This document shows, one piece after another, positions 24,980 through 32,000 of a stretch of 32,000 nucleotides of DNA (positions are counted from its first letter, which is position 1; the number at the start of each line of letters is the position of its first letter). Source of the stretch: Ferroglobus placidus DSM 10642 (GTDB taxonomy: Archaea > Halobacteriota > Archaeoglobi > Archaeoglobales > Archaeoglobaceae); contig NC_013849.1 in NCBI RefSeq assembly GCF_000025505.1, forward strand, positions 60,001 through 92,000, given 5' to 3'. Below the pieces are notes generated by a model, which was given only the letters and a program-made list of their open reading frames with translations, had not been told where the DNA came from and did not search any database. A program made the position numbers and the translations under genes.

Positions 24980-25948
24980 ATGAACCTTGGATTCAGAGTG
25001 ACAGGGAAGTTTGTAAGGGAACTTCTGGATGTTTTGGATGAAATTGCAGAGGAGATAAGACAGGAGGAGAAGGAAAAGTATCCGTACACAGAATGGGAGA
25101 GGAAGAGAGAAGTTGTTAAGGAAAGGCTGAGAAAACTCCCTGAATACGTTAGAGAGGCTATTTCTGTGATAACCGTGCAAAAGAGGGTGGGAAGACCAAA
25201 GAAAGTTGATCTGGAGAAGAGAGTTATGCTCTTTCTGTTTGCAAGGCTGATGGACAAATCAAACAGAGATATTGAGGAGCTTTTAGAGCTGTTTGAACCT
25301 TTATTCGGGATAAAGGTTAGCTACAAAACGATAGAAAGATTATACTCGGATGAAGAAGTTAGAATGGCTTTACACAACCTCTTCATCCTTCTGCTTAGAG
25401 AGGAAGGAGTTTCAGGAGATTTTTCAGGAGATGGGACAGGATACAGCCTAACCATCACTAAGCACTATAGAAGCAATCCTAAAAGGAAAGGTAAAGACTT
25501 CAGATACGTTTTCAGGATAATTGACATCGATACGGGAATGTACGTTGGCTTTGGCTATTCTGACAGATCTGAGAAAGATGCCTTTGAGAAGGCTTTAGGA
25601 ATGCTCAAAAGCATGGGGGTGAAGGTAAACTCGATTTCTCTGGATAAGTATTACAGCAGTAGGAAGACTCTGAGGCTGTTTGATGCTGAGACAGCTGTCT
25701 ACGTCATTCCAAAGCGAAATCTTGCCAGAATAGGATTTGACTGGTTGAGGGTTATCGAGAGGATTGTTGAAGCTCCTTATAGGTTTCTGAAGAGGTACTT
25801 CAAGAGGAACTTAAGTGAGGCAGGATTTTCTGCTGATAAGAGGAGATTTGGATGGTTGATAAGGCAGAGGAGGGAGGACAGGAGAGAGATGGCTTTGTTT
25901 GCTGTCGGGCTTTGGCACAACATATTTGCTGTGAGGGTGATGAGGTAA
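24980..25948 (+). CDS. IS transposase (DDE-type suspected)
   Basis: 322 aa; HTH-like 'RLMDKSNRDIEELLELFEPLFGIKVSYKTIERLYSDEEV', 'GDFSGDGTGYSLT', 'ISLDKYYSS', 'ALFAVGLWHNIFAVRVM'. Its stop codon lies within the right inverted repeat. Confidence 0.88.
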   Translation: MNLGFRVTGKFVRELLDVLDEIAEEIRQEEKEKYPYTEWERKREVVKERLRKLPEYVREAISVITVQKRVGRPKKVDLEKRVMLFLFARLMDKSNRDIEELLELFEPLFGIKVSYKTIERLYSDEEVRMALHNLFILLLREEGVSGDFSGDGTGYSLTITKHYRSNPKRKGKDFRYVFRIIDIDTGMYVGFGYSDRSEKDAFEKALGMLKSMGVKVNSISLDKYYSSRKTLRLFDAETAVYVIPKRNLARIGFDWLRVIERIVEAPYRFLKRYFKRNLSEAGFSADKRRFGWLIRQRREDRREMALFAVGLWHNIFAVRVMR

Positions 25949-25962
25949 TTTTGTCCCAAAGT
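25947..25962 (-). repeat. IS right terminal inverted repeat
   Basis: AATTTTGTCCCAAAGT, reverse complement ACTTTGGGACAAAATT. Confidence 0.9.
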
Positions 25963-25974
25963 CCGCCGAGAGAG
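25963..25974. repeat. Right copy of target-site duplication CCGCCGAGAGAG
   Basis: Identical to 24739-24750. Confidence 0.92.
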
Positions 25975-26084
25975 TTTGTTATATATTCTTGAGAAATATG
26001 AAACGATTTTTCGTTAAAAAACCGAATTTCTTCGCGCTTTAACAGCTAAAAAATTTTAAGTTTTTTCAGTGCAAAAAACAAGCT

Positions 26085-26468
26085 GTGCTTGCGGAAGAAG
26101 TTGAAAGGCTGAGAAGGAGGGCAAGGAGTTTTCTTGAAGCTGCAGAAGAAAGATTGAGAGCTGGAAGTTACGATATTTCATGCTTTCTCGCAGAACAAGC
26201 AGTTCAATTGTATCTAAAGTCGGTAATTCTTGAATTCAGTGGAGAAGTTCCAAGAACGCATTCTATTAGAAAACTTTTATCAATTATGTCGAATTTACTT
26301 AATGTGGAGTTTGACTTCGATAGAAAAGAATTAGTATTTTTGGAAGATGCATATATAAAAGCGAGGTATTTGTCATCGGAATATAGTGAAGAAGATGCAA
26401 AAAACGCCATCGCAACTGCAAGGAGGCTGATGTCTGTTGTGGATAGAGCTCGAAAAGAAAAGAGCTGA
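26085..26468 (+). CDS. HEPN-domain protein (candidate partner of the adjacent nucleotidyltransferase)
   Basis: 127 aa; 'AEERLRAGSYDISCFLAEQAVQLYLKSVILEFSGEVPRTHSIRKLL' is typical HEPN. Confidence 0.85.
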   Translation: MLAEEVERLRRRARSFLEAAEERLRAGSYDISCFLAEQAVQLYLKSVILEFSGEVPRTHSIRKLLSIMSNLLNVEFDFDRKELVFLEDAYIKARYLSSEYSEEDAKNAIATARRLMSVVDRARKEKS

Positions 26469-26793
26469 AATTGTGAGAAATTACAAAAAATTTCTCAAGT
26501 GTATTGCGAAAGTATCTAAAGAGCTGGGATGCGAAAAGGTCTTTCTGACTGGGAGCTTTGCCGAAGGGAAAGCTGTTCTTGCGAGCGATATAGACGTTCT
26601 GATAGTTTTTAAAAAGAAGCTAAACGCTATGGAAAGAGCTGAAATTATAGCGGAAATAGAGGAGAGGTGCAACCTTCCTCTTTACCATCCATTTGAGCTG
26701 CACGTAGTAAGCGAAAGAGAGTTCGAGTTTTGGAAAAGGGTCTTCAAAGCTAAGCTCGTTGAGATCGAAACGAATTTATCCACAGAAGGATAA
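26437..26793 (+). CDS. MNT-type minimal nucleotidyltransferase (start uncertain; overlaps the HEPN gene)
   Basis: 118 aa; 'GSFAEGKAVLASDIDVLIVF' matches GSX10DXD. Confidence 0.85.
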   Translation: MWIELEKKRAEIVRNYKKFLKCIAKVSKELGCEKVFLTGSFAEGKAVLASDIDVLIVFKKKLNAMERAEIIAEIEERCNLPLYHPFELHVVSEREFEFWKRVFKAKLVEIETNLSTEG

Positions 26794-26803
26794 ATTTTAA
26801 ACC

Positions 26804-28141
26804 ATGGCGAGAGAGCTTTTCGGAACTAACGGCGTGAGAGGAATTGCGAACGAAGAGCTTACTGCCGAAATGGCGCTCAACCTTGGAAGAACTATAGCCA
26901 CGATGAAACCGGGGAGAATTGCTATCGCATGCGATACGAGAATTTCTTCTGAAATGCTGAAATCCGCTGTTATTGCTGGAATTCTTTCTGCTGGAAGCGA
27001 CGCCGTTGACCTCGGCGTAGCTCCTACTCCAGCTCTGCAGTATTACGTGAAGGAAAACAACGTTGATGCCGGAGTAATTGTGACAGCTTCCCACAATCCG
27101 AGGGAGTACAACGGAATAAAGTACATTCAGGAAGACGGAACTGAATTCACTTGGGAGATGGATGAGGAGGCGGAGAAAATATACAAGAGCAAGAGCTTTA
27201 GAAAAGCGAGATGGAATGAGGTTGGAAGGATTCTGAGAGATGATTGCATAGATCTTTACGTTTCCGGAATTTTAGAGAAAGTTGACGCTGAGGAGATCGA
27301 GAGGAGGAAGTTCAGAGTCGTTTTAGATTGTGGAAACGGTGCAGCAAGCTTTACGTCTCCAGAAATTCTTAAGAGATTAAACTGTGAGGTGCTGACTTTA
27401 AATTGCAATCCGGATGGGAGATTTACGGCAAGGAATCCGGAGCCGGTTGACGAGCACTTGGACATGCTTAAAGAAGCGGTGAAAGCGTTTAAAGCTGATT
27501 TTGGAGTTGCTCATGATGGGGATGCGGATAGAGCAACTTTCGTCGATGAAAAGGGAAATTTCGTTAGCGAGGACGTCACTCTCGCTATAATGGCTAAGTA
27601 CTACGTGGAGCAGCACGGGGGAGGAGTTGTTGTTACTCCCGTAAGCAGTTCGAGGTGCGTTGAGGACGTCGTCAGAGAGGCTGGAGGAGAGGTCGTTTAC
27701 ACAGCCGTTGGCTCGCCGGTAGTGGCTAAGGTGATGAAGGAGAAGAACGCTGTTTTCGGTGGAGAGGGCAATGGAGGGTTGATATTTCCGGAGCATTTGC
27801 TTGCGAGAGACGGGGGAATGAGCTTGGCTAAATTCATGGAACTCATGGCTTTAACTGGCAAAAAGCTTTCTGAACTTGCTGAGGAGATTCCGAAGTACCA
27901 CATGATAAAGCTGAAGGTTGAGTGCAGAGATAGAAAAAGGTTGCTCGAAGGGCTCAGAAGAGAATTTCCGGAGGCGAACTTTACCGACGGAGCGAGAATA
28001 GACTACGAAGACGGCTGGCTTCTGATAAGACCCTCCGGAACTGAGCCGATAGCGAGGATATTTGCAGAAGCTAAAACCGAGAGTAAAGCGAAGGAGCTGG
28101 CTGAATTTGGCGTTAGTGTTGTGAAGAAGATTCTTGGCTGA
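26804..28141 (+). CDS. Phosphohexomutase (phosphomannomutase/phosphoglucosamine mutase family)
   Basis: 445 aa; 'LFGTNGVRGIAN', 'VDAGVIVTASHNPREYNGIKY', 'GDADRATFVDEKG', 'RPSGTEPIARIFAEAK'. Confidence 0.93.
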   Translation: MARELFGTNGVRGIANEELTAEMALNLGRTIATMKPGRIAIACDTRISSEMLKSAVIAGILSAGSDAVDLGVAPTPALQYYVKENNVDAGVIVTASHNPREYNGIKYIQEDGTEFTWEMDEEAEKIYKSKSFRKARWNEVGRILRDDCIDLYVSGILEKVDAEEIERRKFRVVLDCGNGAASFTSPEILKRLNCEVLTLNCNPDGRFTARNPEPVDEHLDMLKEAVKAFKADFGVAHDGDADRATFVDEKGNFVSEDVTLAIMAKYYVEQHGGGVVVTPVSSSRCVEDVVREAGGEVVYTAVGSPVVAKVMKEKNAVFGGEGNGGLIFPEHLLARDGGMSLAKFMELMALTGKKLSELAEEIPKYHMIKLKVECRDRKRLLEGLRREFPEANFTDGARIDYEDGWLLIRPSGTEPIARIFAEAKTESKAKELAEFGVSVVKKILG

Positions 28142-28688
28142 AGAATTCGTCTACGCTTCCAAATTTTTTAACAATTCTGAGGTAAAAATCGTCTAAAATT
28201 CTGCTCGAAGCCCCCCAAACAAGCTCTCCTGCACACTCGAAATTCGGACCCCAGTCAGCTATTCTTCTGCTCTTCAAAACTCTTCTAAGATCGTCCACGA
28301 GGATTTTTTCCACCTCGTAGTTGTCTGGGGTGAAGTTCTTGCTTGAGACGATACCGACAACCGGGTGGATTTTTATTCTGTGCTCAACAACCTCCTTCGG
28401 AGACAAGTAGCCGAGAACGTTTATGTTTTCTCTCTTTACTCCAATCTCCTCCTCAGCCTCCCTCAAAGCAGTCTCGACTATACTTTCCGTTTTTTCTCTA
28501 ATTCCTCCCGGAAAGGCAATGTGTCCGGCGCTTCTACTCAAGTTCTTTGCCCTTTTTATCATAACCAGCTCAAGATCGAACGTTATCGGGACTAAAACTG
28601 CCGCAACCCTCTCGTTTTTAACGTATTTAAGCTCCGGATCGAGTATTTCTTTCAACTTTCTCACCATCTCAGAATTGATCATAATCAA
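28113..28688 (-). CDS. Nudix hydrolase, CoA-pyrophosphatase-like
   Basis: 191 aa; 'GHIAFPGGIREKTESIVETALREAEEEIGVKRENI'. Several candidate start codons at 28688, 28682 and 28667. Confidence 0.85.
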   Translation of the reverse strand: MIMINSEMVRKLKEILDPELKYVKNERVAAVLVPITFDLELVMIKRAKNLSRSAGHIAFPGGIREKTESIVETALREAEEEIGVKRENINVLGYLSPKEVVEHRIKIHPVVGIVSSKNFTPDNYEVEKILVDDLRRVLKSRRIADWGPNFECAGELVWGASSRILDDFYLRIVKKFGSVDEFFSQESSSQH

Positions 28689-29720
28689 TCACTTTAAATT
28701 TTTCGGAATTAGGAAGGGGGTTGGTGTGAAGCAAGCTGCACCGATGGCGAAAGTGATCACTCCGAGCATTTTCCAGTTGAAAGGCAAGGGTGAGTCGTCT
28801 ATCGGCTTCGGATGCTTCTGCATTCCAAAGAATAGCGTTATAATTCCCCAAAAGAACCATATCGAGCCAAAGAACGTTCCGAGAACTATCAGTATGAAGG
28901 GAACGATTTTGGAAACTGCGTCGGCTTTTTCTCCTATTAAAGCTCGCATTATGTGCCCACCGTCAAGCTGTCCTACTGGGATTAAATTCAGCGAAGTCAC
29001 GAACATTCCAACCCATCCAGCGAAAGCTACCGGATGTATCGCATTTCCCGAATAATTCACAGCGCTCATAACCGCGTAAAAAAGAGGAGGAACTCCGATG
29101 AAAATCTCGGCTTCTTCCGGAGGTATGCTGACTTCAAAGAACTTCAGCCCTATGTAAGCCACTATTACCGAAGCTACGATTCCGGCAAGAGGGCCGGCTG
29201 CGCCGATAGCAAGCAAAGCTTTTCTGCTCGGTATGGCTCCTCTGTGCTTTATTATCGCTCCGAGCGTGCCTATAATCGTGGGGAAGGGTATGAAGTAGGG
29301 TAGAGAAGTTCTAACTCCAAAGCGCCTTGAGGTGAAGTAATGCCCCATCTCGTGGCTTCCGAGGACGAAGAGGATGGCTATCGAGAACATAACCCCTTGA
29401 ATTAAATCGAACTCTCCCAAATAAAAGGAGCCGACGAAGGTCGTGGAGAGAAAAGTTAAGGCAAGCAGAATAATGTTTATCAGGTAGTTCTCTTTGTGAG
29501 GTTTTAGCTCAACGACGATTTCTCCATGGAGCATTTTTACACTAACGTCGTATTTCTCACTCAACTTAGCAAGAACGATCTGCGTTCTCTCGTCGTAAAT
29601 CCCATACTTTGGGATTACAAAGAACCTCTTTACTTCCCCCTCTTCATGTTCGAAGTAAACGTTAAAGGCTTCTTCGAGTACTTCTCTCTCATTCAATTTC
29701 AATCCACCCCTCGGTAGCAT
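28689..29720 (-). CDS. Membrane site-2-protease-like metalloprotease (M50 family)
   Basis: 343 aa multi-TM; 'LGSHEMGHYFTSRRFG' (HExxH) and 'LIPVGQLDGGHIMRAL' (LDG). Exact start uncertain. Confidence 0.9.
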   Translation of the reverse strand: MLPRGGLKLNEREVLEEAFNVYFEHEEGEVKRFFVIPKYGIYDERTQIVLAKLSEKYDVSVKMLHGEIVVELKPHKENYLINIILLALTFLSTTFVGSFYLGEFDLIQGVMFSIAILFVLGSHEMGHYFTSRRFGVRTSLPYFIPFPTIIGTLGAIIKHRGAIPSRKALLAIGAAGPLAGIVASVIVAYIGLKFFEVSIPPEEAEIFIGVPPLFYAVMSAVNYSGNAIHPVAFAGWVGMFVTSLNLIPVGQLDGGHIMRALIGEKADAVSKIVPFILIVLGTFFGSIWFFWGIITLFFGMQKHPKPIDDSPLPFNWKMLGVITFAIGAACFTPTPFLIPKNLK

Positions 29721-30087
29721 TTACAGTAACGATATCCCCGCTCTTCAATATTTCGAAAACGTTTACCTCGGGCATGTCCACAAGGGGGATCTCAGCTATT
29801 ATCGCTCCTACGGCGATGATAACTTCGGTCTTTTCGTTTATAATCGCCAGAGGAGCGACACCGTTCTTTTTTAATTGGAGAAGAACGTACGTTCCCACGG
29901 TACTTCCTTTTCCCGAAGGAAAAACGAGAACTTTGTTCGCTACGCTCTCTCCGTAAATATCGCTGTTTTTATCCACTACTACTCCGCTTTTCGCATCAAC
30001 ATCTCCGAGAAAGGAGATCTTGCTCTTTGAAACTAAAGCCTCTCCCCTTGCAAAGCCTTTCGAAACGCCTCTTGCTTTAATCCTCAA
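29689..30087 (-). CDS. Aconitase X swivel domain protein (phosphomevalonate dehydratase small-subunit type)
   Basis: 132 aa; 'ARGVSKGFARGEALVSKSKISFLGDVDAKSGVV', 'LVFPSGKGSTVGTYVLLQLKKNGVAPLAIINEKTE'. Overlaps the large-subunit gene. Confidence 0.87.
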   Translation of the reverse strand: MRIKARGVSKGFARGEALVSKSKISFLGDVDAKSGVVVDKNSDIYGESVANKVLVFPSGKGSTVGTYVLLQLKKNGVAPLAIINEKTEVIIAVGAIIAEIPLVDMPEVNVFEILKSGDIVTVNATEGWIEIE

Positions 30088-31210
30088 GGGTAGCCCACCT
30101 CACGCAATCCTCAAGCGAGGCAAAAGTTGCATTAACTTTTCTCAGCTTCGGCAAATACTCTAAAGCTTTTCCGCTGTTCACCATGACGCAGCTGAATTTT
30201 TCACTTGCCGGGGAAACGACCATGCACGTGTCGGAAAAGACTTTTCCACCGAGCTCTTCTATCTTTCTCACGAGATCCGAGCACTGCTCTTTGATTTCCC
30301 TTGAAGTAAATATCCAGAGATTTCTCTTAGCTTTCCCGTACTTTTTAAGCAGTTCGTAAATTTTTTCAAGTTCTTGTTTCGAAACGTGCGGACAGCCTAT
30401 CGCTATTAAATCCGGAGAGCACTTCTCAAATTCAGCTTCATCTATCTCTATCTTTTCTTTCGGAGTTTCGAAGTCTCTCCATTCCGGAGTCAGCTTTGCT
30501 GCGTGAAACATAGAGCAAGAAGAAGTCGACGCTAAAGCCGCTCCGAATAGCTTCAATTCCTCTTCAGATGGCTTTCTACTGAATTCCACGAGGGGGATTT
30601 CTCCTTCCTTCAAAACTCTTCCAAGTTCTAATCCGGCTAAAGCGAAGTTTTCACCCTTAATTTTAACTAAAACCGTAGGAGCCCTGTTTTCTTTTACATG
30701 CAGACCGTAATACGGAGTTTTTCCGATAACGGCTGCTGCCAAAGCAGTAATTCCGCTCTCCCTGTTTGTTCTCGCTCCTATTATCGAATTTGCGTAAACA
30801 ACAGCTGAACTCTCAGCCCAAGCGAGGTGGTCGTCCTTTTTTACTTCTACCAAGTAGTATGGGGTGCACGTAAGTGTGAGCTTTACACCCATTCTCTCGA
30901 AGGCTTTGATTATCCTCAACTGCTTTTCCCGGTAGCTTTCCTCTATTCCCATTTCCCTCCATCTCTCCAAATCAAATCCCGCCGGATTGAGAAAAGCGTC
31001 GACGGAAACTTTCACATCCAAGCTCTCGAGCCATTCCAACCCAGCTTCTCCAATGTTGCTGTAGGAAACTCCGGAAATCTGAGCGCTCTTTATTTCTATC
31101 AGTTTTTCAGCCCCGAATATTTCTCCAACAGCCACAAGTATTTCCATGCACTTTCTAATACCTTCGTTTGGGCTTTCGAGAAGCTTTTCCTCTTCCTTTG
31201 TTAGAAACAT
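30077..31210 (-). CDS. Aconitase X catalytic domain protein (phosphomevalonate dehydratase large-subunit type)
   Basis: 377 aa; 'MFLTKEEEKLLESPNEGIRKCMEILVAVGEIFGAEKLIEIKSAQISGVSY', 'LTCTPYY', 'YANSIIGARTNRESG', 'IAIGCPHVS', 'FSDTCMVVSP'. Confidence 0.87.
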   Translation of the reverse strand: MFLTKEEEKLLESPNEGIRKCMEILVAVGEIFGAEKLIEIKSAQISGVSYSNIGEAGLEWLESLDVKVSVDAFLNPAGFDLERWREMGIEESYREKQLRIIKAFERMGVKLTLTCTPYYLVEVKKDDHLAWAESSAVVYANSIIGARTNRESGITALAAAVIGKTPYYGLHVKENRAPTVLVKIKGENFALAGLELGRVLKEGEIPLVEFSRKPSEEELKLFGAALASTSSCSMFHAAKLTPEWRDFETPKEKIEIDEAEFEKCSPDLIAIGCPHVSKQELEKIYELLKKYGKAKRNLWIFTSREIKEQCSDLVRKIEELGGKVFSDTCMVVSPASEKFSCVMVNSGKALEYLPKLRKVNATFASLEDCVRWATLED

Positions 31211-31270
31211 TTACTCCCACTTTTCGGAGGAACTATTTAAGGTCTTCCGTCAAAAGAGATTTATTCTCAC

Positions 31271-32000
31271 ATGTGGATGATTCAATTCATGGAAAATCGG
31301 GTAAAAATTACGCTCAGCAGAGATTTGTCTCTTTTCGACATAACCATGATCGGTATTGCTGGGATGATCGGTGCTGGTATTTTCGCTTTAACTGGCATCG
31401 CCGCAGGAATTGCTGGTCCGGCAATTTTGATAGCTTTTCTCTTTAACGGGATTATCGCCACATTCACGGGTTTGGCTTACGCTGAACTCGGCTCAGCGAT
31501 CCCTCAGGCTGGAGGAGGTTACGTTTGGATAAAAGAAGCTCTCGGAAATTACGCCGGTTTTATGGCTGGCTGGGTAGATTGGGCAGCACATACAATTGCT
31601 TGCTCCCTTTATGCTGTGATTTTCGGAGCTTTCCTCTCCGAATTTTTGGTAAGATTTGTGGGATTGAACTTTCCTCAGAATGTTTTAGCTAAGGTCTCTT
31701 CACTTCTCATAGTTTCTTTTCTTGCTTACGTGAACTTTGTAGGAGTGAAAGAAAGTGGTAAACTTGGAGGAATTGTCACGCTATTAAAAATAATCATCCT
31801 GCTTGTTTTCGCCTTTTTCGGATTAAGCAGAACTTTCAGCTATCCTGACTGGGAGAGCGCATTTCAGCCTTTCATGCCCCACGGCTTTGTTGGAGTTCTC
31901 GCTGCCATGGGTTTGACTTTCATCGCTTTTGAAGGTTTCGAAATAATAGTTCAGAGTGGAGAGGAGGTAAAGAATCCGGAGAAAAACATCCCGAAAGCTA
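31271..32000 (+). CDS. APC-family amino-acid permease (3' truncated by window edge)
   Basis: Open frame from ATG 31271 to the window end: 'LSLFDITMIGIAGMIGAGIFALTGIAAGIAGPAILIAFLFNG...YAELGSAIPQAGGGYVWIKEALG'. Not listed in the ORF track because it runs off the end. Confidence 0.88.
   Translation, partial: MWMIQFMENRVKITLSRDLSLFDITMIGIAGMIGAGIFALTGIAAGIAGPAILIAFLFNGIIATFTGLAYAELGSAIPQAGGGYVWIKEALGNYAGFMAGWVDWAAHTIACSLYAVIFGAFLSEFLVRFVGLNFPQNVLAKVSSLLIVSFLAYVNFVGVKESGKLGGIVTLLKIIILLVFAFFGLSRTFSYPDWESAFQPFMPHGFVGVLAAMGLTFIAFEGFEIIVQSGEEVKNPEKNIPKA

Larger units (their letters stand above)
24751..25962. mobile_element. Complete ISA1214-like insertion sequence, 1212 bp
   Basis: Terminal inverted repeats GTTTTGGGACAAAATT / ACTTTGGGACAAAATT (14/16 match), 12-bp target duplication, transposase plus divergent small ORF filling the element. 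Group assignment is from recalled family features. Confidence 0.9.

Noticed and set aside
24929-25180. N-terminal 84 aa of the 136-aa minus ORF (24770-25180)
   Set aside because: This part is antisense to the transposase N-terminus, and only the last 52 aa look like a real small protein with its own ATG.
1-32000. CRISPR arrays, tRNA/rRNA genes, prophage or conjugative modules
   Set aside because: No regularly spaced repeats, no recognisable tRNA T-loop or anticodon-like structures by eye, and no phage structural, integrase or type IV secretion proteins in the ORF set. A tRNAscan-SE/Infernal run would be needed to exclude small RNAs formally.

Overview
Archaeal chromosomal window, Archaeoglobales-like (Ferroglobus/Geoglobus type) judging by protein style. 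This lineage call is inference. No rRNA, tRNA or CRISPR array was recognised by eye.

Layout:
(1) 3' part of a branched-chain amino-acid/aromatic-acid-type ABC transporter (LivH partial, LivM, LivG, LivF) followed directly by an acyl-CoA ligase, with a convergent wHTH regulator.
(2) A candidate anaerobic phenol/4-hydroxybenzoate island. It has two PEP-synthase-derived subunits resembling the phenylphosphate synthase large subunits, a Nudix protein, a TrmB-type regulator, a UbiD-family decarboxylase/carboxylase, a HAD protein with an altered motif I, a benzoate/4-hydroxybenzoate-CoA ligase and a UbiX-like flavin prenyltransferase.
(3) A molybdopterin oxidoreductase + HAD operon, an adenine-deaminase-like amidohydrolase and an SLC13-type transporter.
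(4) An XPF/ERCC4-HhH nuclease overlapping a MutS-like ATPase, then a membrane-bound CCG-domain Fe-S oxidoreductase.
(5) A complete 1212-bp ISA1214-like insertion sequence with inverted repeats and a 12-bp target duplication, next to a HEPN/MNT gene pair.
(6) A phosphohexomutase, Nudix, M50 protease, aconitase-X (phosphomevalonate dehydratase) small and large subunits, and a truncated APC permease.

The strongest leads are the compact archaeal phenylphosphate/UbiD island with its HAD partner, a repeated TTGTCAA-N8-RTTGA sequence in the island's intergenic regions, the complete IS and the chimeric ORF start it creates, the MutS-like/XPF pair, and the divergent Ade-like enzyme.
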